A DNA stretch of 56,804 nt, counting the filler, from Sphacelaria rigidula (taxonomy: Eukaryota), in the NCBI GenBank assembly GCA_964200075.2. It is 5 parts of 5 records of this genome, joined end to end, with 100 filler letters (N's around TTAATTAATTAA, not from the genome) between each part and the next. Parts side by side here need not be neighbours in the genome. Positions count along the whole stretch, not along the records: positions 22,765 to 34,045 come from CAXNAA020005122.1; positions 34,146 to 45,425 come from CAXNAA020005123.1; 3 more parts are not named here. The stretch is one strand, 5' to 3'. Shown here piece by piece: positions 25,143-39,700 of the stretch. The stretch's first letter is position 1, and each line of letters starts with the position of its first letter. A model generated the notes under the pieces. The model ran no database searches. It saw only the letters and a list, made by a program, of their open reading frames with translations, and was not told the origin of the DNA. The position numbers and the translations under genes were made by a program.

Positions 25143-27282
25143 CCTTCAAGACCGAGGTCCCTGACAACACTGGCTGTGCCTCCAGTTCCCCTCTCTAGCT
25201 CCCTCTTCGTTAGACGCATGCCGATCATGAAGCCCCCAGGGCACTCTAAATATCCTGACAGAGCATATGGCAGCTGCGGAACGTACACTGACTGCCATTC
25301 CAGAGGGAATAGAAGGCTTCGAAGAGCCTGAATGTCGACAGAACGGGAGCGCAAGGTCAATACGGTATCAATGTTAATTGTGTGCAACTACTGCAATTCT
25401 AGCCGTAAATGAGGTACATGCTACACCACAGGCGCGACACTTACAAAGGTCGTACAGGCGAAGTCGAACGCAAAACGGCGGAAAGAGCCGAAACAGTCGG
25501 GTTAGCACATGGTGAAGATTCCCAAGTATCCTACCCTATGCTCCATGGCTCACCTCCATGACCTGCGTCAAAAGCTCCGCTCGACTCGACAGAAATATTA
25601 TCTTGGCTTCCTGGCGGGGCACAAGGTTGTGGGAAAATGGTAGTGAAGGAACCCGTCAACCATATGTATGGAATTCTACTTTTTCGCACAGCCGGCTCAA
25701 TACATAGATCTAACGATCCGTGAGAGATTCTACTTTTTCGTCAGGCAACATTAGCAGCAAAGTGCAGGTTGCCTTCACAGTCGGGAAGGCTGCCAGGGCA
25801 ACAACAAACCGAATCATCAAATGCACGCGCCAAGCCGTGGTCCGTATACAGTGGGTCGAGTGCTTGGACTTGTAAAATATATTTCCTAGATTCTACATCA
25901 TCACCTGAAGCATCAGAGCAAACACCGCCAACACGGATCGAACCGAAAGACACCGGAACGGTGCTGTAAAATCGATATCCATGAGAGGGAGCCAAGAGTC
26001 CGGGGGCATTTGCAAAGTAAGAGGCTTCAAACGCGATCGCCGAGGATCCTCATTCTCCAGTGGCTCCAGGTAGACATGAAATGGACAACCGCCTGCTCGA
26101 AGGGGAGAGTGGAGTAATGCTGAATTAACGATACCGGGGGACTGGGTGACACATGCGCGGCATCTTTCATCTACCGTAATCCACGACGGCGCCGGTACTT
26201 CGTGAACGCGATACAATGGAACCTTCAAAAACCGACAATTTGTTCCTGGTGAAGAAGGCACCATCAAGACAACAAAATGAGGGTAGCAGATTGTGGAAAA
26301 TTTCTTCGAATATGCGTTCGTACGACCGGTAGCAACACTGGGGAATGACACAACCATTAAAAGTGCAGATAACATTTGAGTCCTCACCCGGAGGAGGCAT
26401 CGGAATGCACGACACGAACATGGATATGTACCGCTCCAGGGGCACCCCAGACCGCGAGAGGCTGATAGCGTACAAGTGACGCAGGAATCGTCGAAGGACA
26501 CCGTAGATAGGGAAGCGAGAAATTACACAAATCGTTTTCGGCGCGAATATGCAGTGTCGATCCTCACTATGACACAATCGGTCGTACTCCGCATCGCTCA
26601 GGTCAGACGCAACGCTGGCCGCTGCTGCCGCTCTTTTCGTTGATGCTCTTGCTGTTGCTGATGTTGCTGCGTCTGTTGTATTTCTGCGCAAAGTTCTTGG
26701 CTGAGACGAAGCCAAGGCGTCCCCTACGTCCGCTGCGTATTGAGCTATGTTGTTAGCCAGTACAGGAGGCAGTCGAACAGATCTGTTGGCCTCTGTGTTT
26801 TTCAATTCGCCTGTTGTGAACTCGTCTTCCGTAGTGACTGAAAGTGCATGGGGCCAACTTTCTCGAAATGGTATGCTACCCGTCCATCGTGGTCCATCGA
26901 AAGGGCGGCTATTCCCCACACCCTCCAATCCACCCGCACGTGATGTTTGTCTGGCGACAAACATCTCTTGGTTTCGTGACGATAGCGAATCAGCACCCGA
27001 GAAAATCTCTGCAGCGGAAGGTTGACTTAGGCTTGGTACATGGCCGGAGGTGTAGAGCGGCGTTAAGGTGGCCGCCGACATTTTGGTCCATGATGCCGAC
27101 GCCCTCACCCTTCCTCCCGAGCTCATACCCCCGCGTGAGACTGGCCGACGCCACGAGGCAGGGCCTCCGCTACCAGGTCTCGACCACGATCCTGTTCCTG
27201 ATCGAGGGCGAGGCCCAGAACGCTGAGACAGGCCAAGGCGTCCAGTTGAGGCAGAACCACGTAATCCAATGCGCATGCGTCC
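25143..27282 (-). CDS. DENN-domain protein (Rab GEF-like), internal exons of a partial gene model
   Basis: Phase-consistent exons 27282-26388, 26092-25905, 25610-25554, 25327-25143 give cDENN motifs: FAPKTICVISRFP...IPMPPPG; LPLMDIDFTAPFRCLS...VFALMLQ; EAKIIFLSSRAELLTQVME; ALRSLLFPLEWQSVYVPQLP...LECPGGFMIG. Further exons (e.g. ~29400-29530, ~23450-23900) are possible but unsupported. Confidence 0.88.
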
Positions 27283-29574
27283 CTGGTGTCAATCGCATGT
27301 AGAACCAGAGAACCATTCGCAAGGTTAGAAATTGTTGAGTGCGCGCTATCCGCCGAACGTGCGGCAAGTAGTGTCCCTACATCCAATACAACATATACTA
27401 TCCATTGGATAATGATAATGAGCCAAATTAAAATGGTACAAAATCAAGTTGGCTCGATTCCCACCAGACGCATTTAGTTTGAATTTTTATTTCTTCGGAG
27501 TATCTCACCTTGTTCGTTGAAGGTGTGGGGACGTGAGCAGCAAAAATAATGTATTCGATTGAAATTGCTTCACGCGAGTTGACGCGGTGCGGGATGTGAT
27601 GATCCCATCCGCGATACTGGTGTAGGGCGTGTACCGGGGGAGAGATGTGTTGACCCTCTGATCCTTTTTGAGGTCAAAGAGGGTCAGTGAACAGTACTCT
27701 GTAGATGAAGTTTTATCTACTTTTTCCAGCCCACGACGCATGTCATGTTTCACAATCTTCGAGGGCTTTAATCTGCATACAATGTACAGATTGCTGTATA
27801 CAATATACAAGGCGCATATTATTGTACTCCAACAACAAACCAGCACACAGCACAGTCAGTACCCCTACAAAAAAATACAGTGCATGCTTCCCAAGGATGA
27901 TAATGATGCCCTACAACACGCAAGCAGCGATAGGGAGGATGCACCTATCCACAGTATACGGCAAAGGTTTGTTTGCATACACTGCAGCTATCGCCGTTCT
28001 GCTGCGGTGCCAAAAGCACCACGTTGCTTTTCCATGTCGGCAATAGGGCTTTATTGCAGACCATGTACAATACTACACGCATAATGACTTCCTGCATGGT
28101 GAAGCTGGAGGACAAGGATTGTTTTGGTGCTCCTGCTGAGCTGACGCTTGTGCAGCACAAGGTTACTGCATACACAACATCACCATAATAAGGGTCAGAT
28201 GTGAAGTGTGAAGTGTGGATACCGGTGGCAACATTATATTAGCTGGGTACATCAGTCGTCGTGTGCAAGCAATCTCTCGGAGAGGAGGGCGTTCCTTGTG
28301 TATTATCCGTGTAACCCAATTTCTGTCTCTAAAACGATGGGGAATCTGAATATTACTTTCTTCTAGGGTGGGCTCCTCACCCTAGAAAAAACGGGTCGAG
28401 CGATTCATTGATTCCAAGTACAAAACTAAAAACCTACCGCAGCTTGAGACCGATGTCGATTGTATGACACTCTACTGTCGGTTGCCACCCGCGTACCTGG
28501 TGTTTTCCAGGTGGATCTACATGCATGACATGAATCAGCCACTATCTCAACACAGCAGTGATTTCGTGAAGTTCGACAAATCCAGTCATGATCACCTGCC
28601 AGGGGCCTGACTGGTCATTCTGAGCACCCGACTTCAAAAAGGTCAGCACCATGGACTCGTCTCGAGGTAGGGTAGGGGTTTCTAGCGTGCCAGCCCCCCC
28701 CCCCCGATAGAGAGGGTGTAATGGGTGCGCAGTATAGCACAACAAACGTGTGCAGTTCGTCGAGAACAATGTCTGCAGCTCCGTCAGGATCAGAGTCTGA
28801 CGACTTCGATGACTCACGGTCCGACGACGTAAAGACAGTTGACTGTTGGTCCTTTCGTCCCGAAGCGTTCAAGTAAAGGAGAGTTGGAACTTTGACTGTT
28901 TGGTTAAATAAACTCGTGGATAAAAAAAATTCGAGGTTTGTCACTGGTGTTCTCAACCTCGTGCTGGAGGCGTGTGTACAGTGTCTTGGTGCATTTGCAA
29001 AGCCAGTCGAGGTAACAGTAGCTTCGAGGTGGGTTTCGCTTCGCATCCATTCTCCTCCACCACCTGATGAGCCATTGCCCTGTGTCACCTTCAAGGAGGG
29101 ATTCCTTCTTACTACTATTCTTGGCCAAGGCTGTGGTGTGGTAGTAGAGTTGGGTCAGTACGGTGCTCATCAGGCACACCCACCCCTGTTGTAGTGCAGA
29201 GATATAATATGTCACACCCCGAGTGCGGGCATATCCTGCGTTACAACCAGTATCATGTGTCAACACCCTGAGTGCGGGCACGTTTTGATACGGTGTGTGC
29301 GCGGAGGCAGGTGACACCGCTGTCGAAAGCTGGGCTAGACACGCCCTGTATGTTGTGTTTCCATAATGATGCTACTTGACCAGAACCCGAGGGAAATCGT
29401 AGTTCCTGGCTTTCCCTCCTGGTTGCCATCGGCTCTTCCCTTTTTGTTCTTGTCTTCTTTTGATCGTCCTATCCGACGTTGTTCAGTCTCCGGTGCGCAG
29501 GCTCTGTAGAGGATCTCTTCGAACAGCACTCTAGACAGTAGATCTAGGCTGGGCCGCCAAAGACGCGGACAGGG

Positions 29575-29866
29575 ATGTGAACACGCGATTTAGCAGCTCA
29601 ATTTCGGGTCGTTATTATGAAATTTTGACACAATGTTCAGGACGTATGTACGAAGACTCTATCTCCGGACCCCTACATTTTTTCTTCTTTTTTGGAGTTA
29701 TTCACGATTTGGTTCCAAAAATTGTTCTGAAATGTTGCGAGAACTCAGGGAGAAAAAAAAAAAATGTACGGGGCAAATGGGGGCGTCTTAGCACATACAT
29801 CCTGTACATCGTATAATTATTTAATAGAAAACGACCTGAAACTCAGCTGCTAAATCGTGTGTTCAT
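29575..29866. mobile_element. MITE-like element with ~37-bp imperfect inverted repeats
   Basis: TGAACACGCGATTTAGCAGCTCAATTTCGGGTCGTT vs AACGACCTGAAACTCAGCTGCTAAATCGTGTGTTCA, with a third degenerate copy near 30174. No clear TSD. Confidence 0.5.
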
Positions 29867-30975
29867 GTTCAAGACTGGTTCCCATGTGGAGATGGACCAG
29901 CCAGGAAAAAATGAGATGCGGTTATGCTGTTCAATTTCAAGTATTTTTTCACGAAATTCCGACACGATGCGCATGGCGTATGTTGTGAAGTCCTTGTTGT
30001 CCCCCCTTCACATTTTTGTTTTTCTTAATGACTTGTCGACGCTTTTTTACCAGGAAAAACTGTTCCGACATTTAGGTCACCAATAACTCACGAGGGGAAG
30101 GAAAACTACAACAGGCGGAAACGGTAGGGGCTTTACATATACCTAATGTATATCGTGTCAAAATGTCATGGAAAACGACTTGAAATTGAGGAGTGAAATC
30201 GCGTTTTTCTGTCGAGAACCGGTTCACTTGATTTTAGAGTACAACAACCTCAGCCGGAACTTCGACGTTTTCTACACGCCCGACGCCCTGGGGCGCTGGA
30301 GGTCTCGTCTGCGTGCCACCTCAGACCCTGCGCGTGTACAGTACAACATGAATTGTTGTACAACCACGACTTGTGCAGCACCATCACTTTGCGGCCGCGG
30401 CAAAACCGACTGTAACCGTAAATGCGATTTCAGCCGTTTTTTTCCCAATTCCGCCGCACATGCCACCCTCAACTCTCTACACTTCGTAGCTGACTACAGT
30501 TTGGTATTTCGTTTGATGGGAACTTGTTAGATCGCAGTGCTACATGAAGTGAAAGACGCGCGTTGATTTGCATATTACCACGATGTGTCATAGTAGGTAC
30601 AACTCGCGATAGATCGTCAGTTGGACACGGCTGAAGGAAAGTCCGCTTCTTAAGCGGCCCAGCCTGTATTTTGAGATTGGTGTCTGTTCTACGCGACCGT
30701 TTCGGCTGTCGCATCACTCGCTGTCACTACTCTGTGTATACATCATTACGTGGCAAGGTAGTCGGAGAGATCGCATGCGGGGACTTTTTAGATTCCAGTA
30801 GGTCTCCTGTAGTTCACTCGGTCTTATACGGATATATCGTAGTATAGGTGCCCTTTTTGGTGAAGATGTTGTGTTTCTTGCTTTCCTTTACAGGCTGTTT
30901 GGTTTATGGGTATGGGTGGTACGCTCCTTGCACTCTGTGGCCACGGCTGCGAGAGATCGAGCTATTGTGACGAAC

Positions 30976-30984
30976 ATAATAATG

Positions 30985-31050
<66 letters not shown>

Positions 31051-31150
31051 GAAATAGTAAAAAATAAAACAAAAAGTAACAATAATAACAATAATAATCA
31101 TAGTAATAATAGTAATAATGATAATAATAATCAAAATAATAATAATAACT
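30976..31150. repeat. (AAT)n microsatellite
   Basis: Long ATA/AAT run followed by degenerate units; source of the poly-I/N/L/Y ORFs. Confidence 0.95.
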
Positions 31151-32632
31151 ATTGGTGAGCCACGGCTGACGCACGTGGCAGCAGCGCCACAGGTACCAAC
31201 GCCACGGGTCTCGCACGCGTGGTGGTTTGAACAAAATTGCCAAGACGACCCTGACGTCAACCATAATTCATGAGTATGAAAGTGTGAGCAAATGGGAGCT
31301 TCCAGCCCCAGAGCTAACATGATCGTCAGGGGTGCTAAACTTGGGGGGTGTTAGCCCCCGAAACGTGTCCGGGCTGTTTGACGACATGTTACTGTAAATT
31401 GCCCACTTTTCTCTCTTCTTCGGATACACTTGATTGTAGACTACATCCTAGACATGGAGAAGTCGTGCGCTACGGTGACGCGTTCCCTAATCAGACGTAA
31501 CATACACTTCCACACAAACGACACATTCCGGGGTTGAACCTTTTTTTCAAGTGCTTTTCAAGCTTACCCTCAAAACCAGCAGAAATAGGTCATTTTCCGA
31601 TTTGTTTCCGCTGAGCACGGGACGTGACCTGAAAAATCTTGTAACCCGGTGGGTGCATCCGGGTTCGAGGCACACAACGCAGAAAACATCCAGCACGCTC
31701 CGGCCTTGTAGTGGGTGAAAATAACATCAAGAGTCAGTTCGGACTTTTAATCGTTTTCTCCAAGGAAGATATCTGGGTCGATATTTTTCTTGTGTGCGTT
31801 TGTCGAGCAGGAGCGACGGGCTTTGTCTTTCCGCCGCATGATCTCTTGGCTTTTCCCGTTAACGTTGGTTCGTCCGTGTATGTTTGCGTGTGGGATGTGG
31901 CGTTGGGGTGTGCGTGCCGTGGCGTGCGCTATTTCCTGGCTCGTGTGCGGGTGAATTCAAGAATGGTGTTGGTTGGACCGGCGGGTCTGCACAAATGGTC
32001 CGTGGAACTAGTTCTACTCCGCCGTTATCTTGCTCTTTGTCAATCGGTGCAAGGTGGTAGCTAGGTAAACTGTGCGCGTTGCAAGACCTCATTTAGACAA
32101 AAGTGCGTACTGCGCAAGCTAGGAGCGTTGTGCCCATTGTGTGTTGTCCCATTTATTCTGGGCGCCGGTCTACACCTGTCGGTTTATGTGGGCGCACCAG
32201 CCGGGGTCACACCGGAAGAAGGCCAACACAGGAGTTTTTTCTTTTTTGTTTGTTTTCCTTCTGACGTGCTGCTTTCTTTTTTAATCGCGAGAGGGGTTCA
32301 GCAGTCCCATTCCCTCGTTGACCGCCAAGTCAAATTTTGTCTACCCATGACATAGTAGTCCCTCTCCACTCTTGGGCATAGTGTGGCAAAAAAATCTCAG
32401 TTTGCTCCGAGATTCGAACGCACGACCCAACCGCCAGAAGGCTTCGCGGATACCAACTGGGCCACCGGGGCGACCGGCGCTCATTAGACTGCCAGATATC
32501 AGTGTCCACATCGGAACTAAGTCGGGACAACTTCACCCCACCAAGTGGTGAACTCTGCTCTAACGAAGCTGAAACATCATGTGTGACCATCCACATTCCT
32601 GTGCACCCTAGAAGAGACAACACTATGAGATA

Positions 32633-32981
32633 GGGTTGTACACTCAAATGAGGTTCAACCCCAAAACAGTGCTTTGCCCACACTTTCAGCGATGGTGCCC
32701 GATGCCCCTCGATCGTGTAGATACTTTTCCAGCGCAATTTACCGACTCTTAGAGCTTACAGCGCTGACCGAAACCGCCATTTTCCTTTATGTCACCCCCC
32801 CCCCGCCCGCAAAACAAAAAACGGGGGAAGTGGCGGTTTCGATCAGCGCTGCTGTAAGCTCACAGAGTCCGTAAATTGCGCTGGGAAAGTACCCACGCGA
32901 TCGAGAGGCCGACAAAAAAATCATTCGGCACCAGGCTGAAAGCACTGCTTTGGGCTTGAATCTTCATTTAGTGTACAACCA
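32633..32981. mobile_element. Foldback MITE (~350 bp, complementary along most of its length)
   Basis: Ends GGTTGTACACT...AGTGTACAACC. Internal pairs include CCAGCGCAATTTAC/GTAAATTGCGCTGG and GAGCTTACAGC-GCTGACCGAAACCGCCA/TGGCGGTTTCGATCAGC-GCTGTAAGCTC. TA lies at the left flank. Confidence 0.75.
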
Positions 32982-34045
32982 CATTTTACAGAATTGTCTG
33001 TTCTAGGATAACGGCAAAACACTTGAGGCTTGTCAGTGCCGCATTACCACACCGACCGTGATGACTTAGATCACGATTGCAATCGGAGTCAGCACAACCA
33101 CCGCAGAGTACAGTCGTACAGTCAGACATGCTAATCGGGGCAAACAAAGTGAATGGGCTGTTCGAGGAAAATATAGCGACCACAGCAGGGGGCAGCGAAA
33201 AAACAAAATCAGGACACGTAGGCCCTGAGATCGAAATTTTGAGTTCTTGAGGGGGGGGGGACATCCAGCTGTATGTCCCCTGGTTTATTGCCGAAGCGTG
33301 AGCGGATGCGGTCAGCTGCCGTGGACAGTAGCGATCCTTATATACATAATATAAAAAATACTTTGAAGTGTATACCGGAAATTTACGGCTTTCTGATCTA
33401 ACCGTGGGTGACACGCGGTCCATGTTTTTCCAAACAAAGGATGAGTGCTATGGAGACGGCGCGGCGAACATCGCGGTACCGATAGACTCAATATAACCAA
33501 CAGACATGAGAGCAAAATACCGTCGCCATGATGTTGTCTATCCCGGTACACGCCACACTTTTTACCTCGGGTTCGCTGTGCCGCTGGGTACACAAAACGG
33601 TTGCTCTTTTCCCTTCATGATATATCGGCGCGCACTATACATGGATGAGAAGTAAGCGAGCATAGAATATTCAGCTTTGAAACGACAAACACGTCTCAAA
33701 GTTGCTATATGTTCGAGCTGGCAATGGGGAAGTCACTGAGACAAAAGGAAGTTGGCCAGGGGATGAGAAGTGAGAGATGAGAGACAGTACAACACCATGT
33801 TACGGTCGAACTGTAATACTGCACCCTGCGTCCGTTGTAGTCCGTTGTGCTGGCTGCAATTGAAAGCGGTAGCCCTTGCCAATGTACACAAAGCGGTCTA
33901 GAGGGAACGTGTAGCAGCTGACTGTTTATGTCAGGGGATAGTTGCACCGTTATTTGTTCTGTGGCGGGTCATGATCTGCACGCACACGTGGAGGGGGTCT
34001 TCAGGGTTTGCGTACCCTGCGCAGTGTTTCTGGCGGGAATTTTAC

Positions 34046-34145
34046 NNNNNNNNNNNNNNNNNNNNNNNNNNNNNNNNNNNNNNNNNNNNTTAATTAATTA
34101 ANNNNNNNNNNNNNNNNNNNNNNNNNNNNNNNNNNNNNNNNNNNN
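34046..34145. other. Artificial contig linker
   Basis: N44-TTAATTAATTAA-N44. Confidence 0.95.
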
Positions 34146-34825
34146 GTTCCTACTGTTTTTTTTTGGGGGGGGGCTATCGTAGAAAGTGTCGCCGAACCAG
34201 GCTCGCACTCAAACCACCAAGCGCGGAGCGCGGTGGTGTTTTCGGCGAGTCGCATGGCAGGTGAACTGCCTCTGCCAAGATTGCTCGGTCCTAAGCCCAC
34301 TCATCATCTTGCATTTGGATGACAGCTCACAATGAGTTACTTTATTTTCTGGTATTTGTCACTTCCTGAGACAGCCACGGCTTATACACTGCATCATGGG
34401 TGTCTCACCGTCAACTGCGGGGGGGGGGGGGGGGGGTTTTGTTTTTTTTTTTTTTTGGGGGCGGGAAACACAAAATGCCCCGCCTGCCGTGGGACGGTTC
34501 CAAAACTTCCTTCCCCNNNNNNNAGTTTTTTTTTTTCTTTTTGTTTTTTTTTTTTTTTTTGTTTTTGTTTTTTTGGATTATGTTTTTTTTTTCTTCTGGA
34601 GACAGGAAACACAATATGACCCGCCTGCCGTGGAACGGTTCCAAAATCGTCTTCACAGTAATAATGTGAGGAGTTGAATGTTGTCCAGTGCGCGGAAGGA
34701 ACAGGTAGATCAGCCTGCTGCAGTGCAATAAAAGATGTATCGGTTGAAGCGGCCACCCTTCAGGCTGCACCCCACGAATTGGTGTACCGTCACCGTCTAA
34801 GGATTGACGAGGAAGGTAAACATTT

Positions 34826-35085
34826 CGAGGGCCGGACAAATCAATGATTCGTCTGGAAATTACTTGGTTTTATTGTAATTGATTCGAATAGTATGAATCA
34901 ATCCCTAGGCCTTGTCTTCAGCGTTGCAACCCGGGTACACGCAGCCTAGACACACGTGGTATGGCTCAAACGTTGCGTGGATATCCCTTGGACCAGCGGT
35001 CAACTTTTTTCTCCCTTTTGGGCAATCCGGCCGAAGAAATCGTGGATTTGGTGTTTCGAACCCGTGATGATTTGTCCTAACCGTG
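34826..35085. mobile_element. Non-autonomous hAT-like MITE (260 bp) with 8-bp TSD
   Basis: TIR core GGACAAATCA/TGATTTGTCC; identical AAACATTT flanks at 34818-34825 and 35086-35093. Confidence 0.8.
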
Positions 35086-36695
35086 AAACATTTAGCCATC
35101 ATATATTAGCATCTACGCCGTGCGAGTCGTGTGGAGATTTTTACCTTGATTTCATGACTTCGTTCATCAATGCTCCCTGAGCAAAGACCTTGAAAAAAAT
35201 CCGTAATAGTAATCCAGGCATTTTTTAAGACACACTTGGGGTACTCAAGTTAAGGTAGAGTGTTGGGAGTCGTACCCCAAATATAACTGGAAAGCGACCA
35301 CTAAAACCCTACCCACAATTTGTGTGTACGACATTCAAAATACCCCGCAATTGAGTATACTCTACTCGACCTACCCTAGAAAAAATATAATAGAGGCGGA
35401 AAGATTTGAGAAAACAAAACAAGCGTACAACCGAATACTGGGACACATACACCATGAGAACCAGTGATATACGTAAGGAACCCGTGTTCGGGCATGCAAC
35501 CTACCGGTTACAACCGCAGCCAACCGGGGACGGAAATGCCCCATCCCCGGGGTGTTATGCCACGTTTGCTCTGCAGCTCTGCAGCTCTGCAGACGTGCCG
35601 TGTTGTGTATTGTGTGTTGTGTGCCGCCACTGCTGCTGCTGTCTACTATTCGACTCTCGGATCTGATGGAAACATGACCGGTGGTTCGCGATTCGTTTGG
35701 GTGTGTGCACGAGTGAACAAAGGCGTTCTTGGCTCGGAAAAAAAAAAAACGTTCCCCTTCAATAAGCTCCATTACATTTCATGTTTCGTCGCATGTTAAC
35801 GCCGTAGAGAACAAAAAAGCGAAGAAAAAGTAAAGGAAACGTGCTAGGAAACAACGTAAATCTGCCCGCTACCGCGGTCGAAACAATAACTTTCCGACAC
35901 TCCACCGTCCCCGCAGCTCTCTGCTTCTTGTTCCGACACTGTTGTGGAAGAGGAGGCCCCGCTTATGCAGGGCCCCCGGAAGATACAAAACTTCCGGAAT
36001 TTCCATGCAACCTGCCCGTGAACCTTGTTACCGGTTATAGCCGGGACCGAGATTCTTACATCACTGTTGCAATCAAGAACTGCCATACGGGTCCACTCGA
36101 CCGTGTAACCGTGTGCGCCCATACTCGATAAATTTCAGCAAATAAACACAACGGCAACCTCATCACGATTCAGTTAAAGCATTTAGGGTGAGGTGTGGAG
36201 TTGGGGTTAGGGCTAAGTGATCGTGCTGTTCACCTGACGTTTTCCTCGGAGTCTCCGGTCCGGACGACACGACAGTACCCGCCGCGGAAGATCCCGCCGA
36301 CGAGTGGGATTCACTCCTCTGGGGCCGCGGGCCCGGCGCTGGCATCGCGGTCGATTTTTGTCCGCCGCCGCCGAACAGCACTCGCTTTACATAGTCACTT
36401 GACTTCTCAGCCTCCATGGCTTACAGCAGGCTTAAACTGGGTCCGATGTAGCCCTATCTGTTTTCATAGAGTGGATGATGGTACAGCAGGCAAACCCGCC
36501 CCAGGTGGATTGAGGTGGGGGGGGGGGGGGGGGGAGAAAAGGGGACGGGGGGAGGTTATGTGCTGAGAAGAGGGCATCCGGTGGTCTCGCAGAGCGCGGG
36601 GGTATCGCAANNNNNNNNNNGAAGGTGTTGGACGTGTCTGGCCTTTGAGTGTAGTTGGTTTTGTAAAGAGTGGGGAGGCGCACGACGTCAGCGGT

Positions 36696-36730
<35 letters not shown>

Positions 36731-39700
36731 GAGGATAGGGGAAAGGGGATGGTTGTATGCTGAGGAGAGGGCATTCGGCGTTCTCGCTGAACGCTGGTGT
36801 ATCGCAATACGGCGGCAAAGTGTAGTTTATAGTTGGCACAGGATCAGTCATTGGGTGCAATGGAGCAGCCAGCAGAAGCCGACAGTACGGTGCACTTGCG
36901 GCACTATACACCGAGCCGTTATATGTTATCAGGCCATAGTCGTCGAGGATGACACCATCGCGGTGTGCGAATGATGACCACCTTCTCCAACACCCAGCAC
37001 AGGAGAAACGAAACAGCTGCTGTCTCTGGGACAAACACCACGAAGGGCAACAACGACATAACACGTGAAGGTCGCCTGCACGAGCACAACTGGAGTGCGC
37101 GGCTTTCTCTGATCGGTCATTTGGGTGGCAAAAATGTTTGAACTACTACTGAATGTGTACTGTACAGTCTACAATGCAGTAAAACATTGACATCGGACGT
37201 GCGGCGCAGGTGCGACGCAGGTCTTGAAGCGCACCAAAGATCGGCAGACCAAAAGCTGCGACGATTAATTGGAAGCCTGTATAGTGTATCATCCATTCCT
37301 GGAGCTCATGTCATCTTGGCCAGACGAGCAGCAGCGTGTTGCATGCCAACGCACACACACGCCGATTTCCCCAGGTTGGCTGCTCTGCTTGTACCCCCGA
37401 CACAGCGCAAACGGCGACACCAAAGTCGCAGGCCGACGGTACTACAAAATATGCGAACAGGCACTTTATTGATGACAACTCTGACACTTGAAATGCGTCC
37501 AGCTAAAACGTTCGCGGCGACATTTCACTCTAGGACACTAAGCAATAATGTTTCGTGTGTCAGCGGGCGAAGAGATAAAGAGAAGGAATCGTGCGCAATG
37601 GGGGAACACGGGGCCAAATCATGTTGGTGGGACCTCGTGAACCGGTTAGACTGTGTCCCGGAGAACCTCTGGGTAAACCGTTAACCTTTTTTTTTGTCAC
37701 CACAAAACTTTTGTACTGACTGTAGAATACGGTTATGCGGTCACGATGCGGTGTGGGGTACGCTGATACAAGTGACCAAGAGAGGTAGACTCGACTAAAG
37801 CGGTCCAGCCACCGCCCAGACCGGTGAATCTCCATCTGTTTGACTGCTGAGCCTGGAGTGCATGTACCATTAGGCTCTGTTTGTGAGAAAGGCAATGGTA
37901 CGCACCCCTGTCACACACAGACCATCGCGGCATTGCCCAGGATGAAAATGTCAAATCCCAGAAGGCCTCAAAATTTACTGGGCGCACCCTGGGCACTGCA
38001 CTTTTGTACAGCACCCAAGCATTGCCGACCTGTACCCTACACAACGGCGGCACATGCGGCACAGTGCCCTACCCTGCGCGCGAATACTGACCAAGACTCC
38101 ACCAACAATTGAAGGGAATATAAGATTGCGTCACTCCCGAACGCTGGACCACACAACATCCGCCGAGGCTGTTCTACCAACAGGTAAATGTCCCGTGCCT
38201 TGGCGGGAAATGAGCTTGCTCGACGAAAAGCGGGCGATGTACACGAAAGAGAGAGCTCACTATGGAGCATCCATACACTACAGGCAAAACGACACCTGAT
38301 TCGACATTAACACCAACAGGGGGGGGAACCATGTGTACGATTTTTCGATGGCAGTTGGGAGTGAGGAATGAAGGGGGGGGGGGAATATATGTACGTCGAA
38401 CTTGCCAGCAGGAAAAGATTGCACTGCTGGTGTACCTTTCAGAAACACTTGTTACAGAGAGCGTCCCACGGCTGAGGTCTCGGCCAACCGTCGTACCTGG
38501 TGTGCCAGTAAGTTTGGTATATTCGGGTTGCGCTTCGTCAAAATACCAACCGCCACAAAATGAAGGAGCACCCAACATGCGTCTCCCGACTGCGAAGTAC
38601 AAAGAAACAAGACCGGTTTTCTCTCGGTGAGAGGGGCTACAGCAACCTTGACGATCAACATTGCTCGCAACCAGTTTGAACACATGGTTGCACATGTGCC
38701 ACAACAGTTGGTTTCCTTCGATAGAGTTCCGCAAGCGCCTCAGGTGTCACCCACCTCCGTGCTCCAAGTGACAACTGCGCGCGAATGCCGGACTTGATGT
38801 ACAAAAAACCAACCTTTCGAAAAGATGCTCACTTACTTGCACACAACTGACTGTATGTTCGCGCCCACCGCCACTTTAGCTTGCCAGAAAAAAGCTCAGT
38901 AGCACAGGGCTTCTCCAGCAAAGGATTCGCCACACAGTTGCAGCAAGTACAGCTCGCGTCTACGCCTCCGCCCGTTACCCGGCCGCGCGTGCCCCCTTCC
39001 TTTCTGTGTGTCTAGGCAGCCTGATGTACACCTTCGGGCAAAGCCCAACGGGCTTTCCTTCTTGGGGAGGATATGGTTCCAGATTTCGATCTATGTGGTC
39101 ATGATTGGGGATTTTGTTCCGAAGTGCAGCGCTTGTGCCATTTTTTTTTACATTTTGCTACTGAAGATGTCTGAACTTCTGATCTAGACTCAAAATACTT
39201 GGCGTTGGACCGATGGAAAAACGCTTGTGATATATGTCAAGATGTGAAGTGTGTAAATGGCAGTACTGCCAAGTACTGCCGTGAGAGAATCGAAGATACA
39301 ACCACCGAAAAATGCAGACAGGCAGCTAATGGGTGTTATCCACCGTGATCATGTAGGTCCGAGCAACGATATCATGATATCGATTTCGTTTGCTTCGCGT
39401 ACATGAAGATGAGGACTTTTCTGGATAGACAATTTGTTCGATTAAATATTTTAATTGATATGGGTGATTGAATCACCCTTCCTCTCCAGAGCGCTTCCCG
39501 GGGCCAAACTTCGGAATCTACACTGCGGGCTCGGCCCTCGTAGCCAATGTACAGGTGAGGGTGATCCCTGAAGACATTCTTGAAATAGTCATTGGAATGA
39601 CAGCTGTCGGTTGAAGAGAAGAGAAAAGCGAAACAAAAACACGAACACAGCTGTTCCGCGAGGCGCAGATACGACAAGTCACATTGACTAAAGTCTGTCA

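Noticed and set aside
29210..29316. Mini solo LTR (TGTCAC...GTGACA with an internal direct repeat)
   Set aside because: No TSD, PBS/PPT or second copy in the window.
30871..31320. Poly-Ile/Asn/Leu/Tyr ORFs
   Set aside because: They are translations of an (AAT)n microsatellite.
31315..31392. Three-way junction resembling a hammerhead
   Set aside because: CTGACGA and GAAAC fall on opposite strands.
36233..36417. Exon-like ORF (MEAEKSSDYVKRVLF...) as first exon of the DENN gene
   Set aside because: It is on a different contig and has no recognisable domain.
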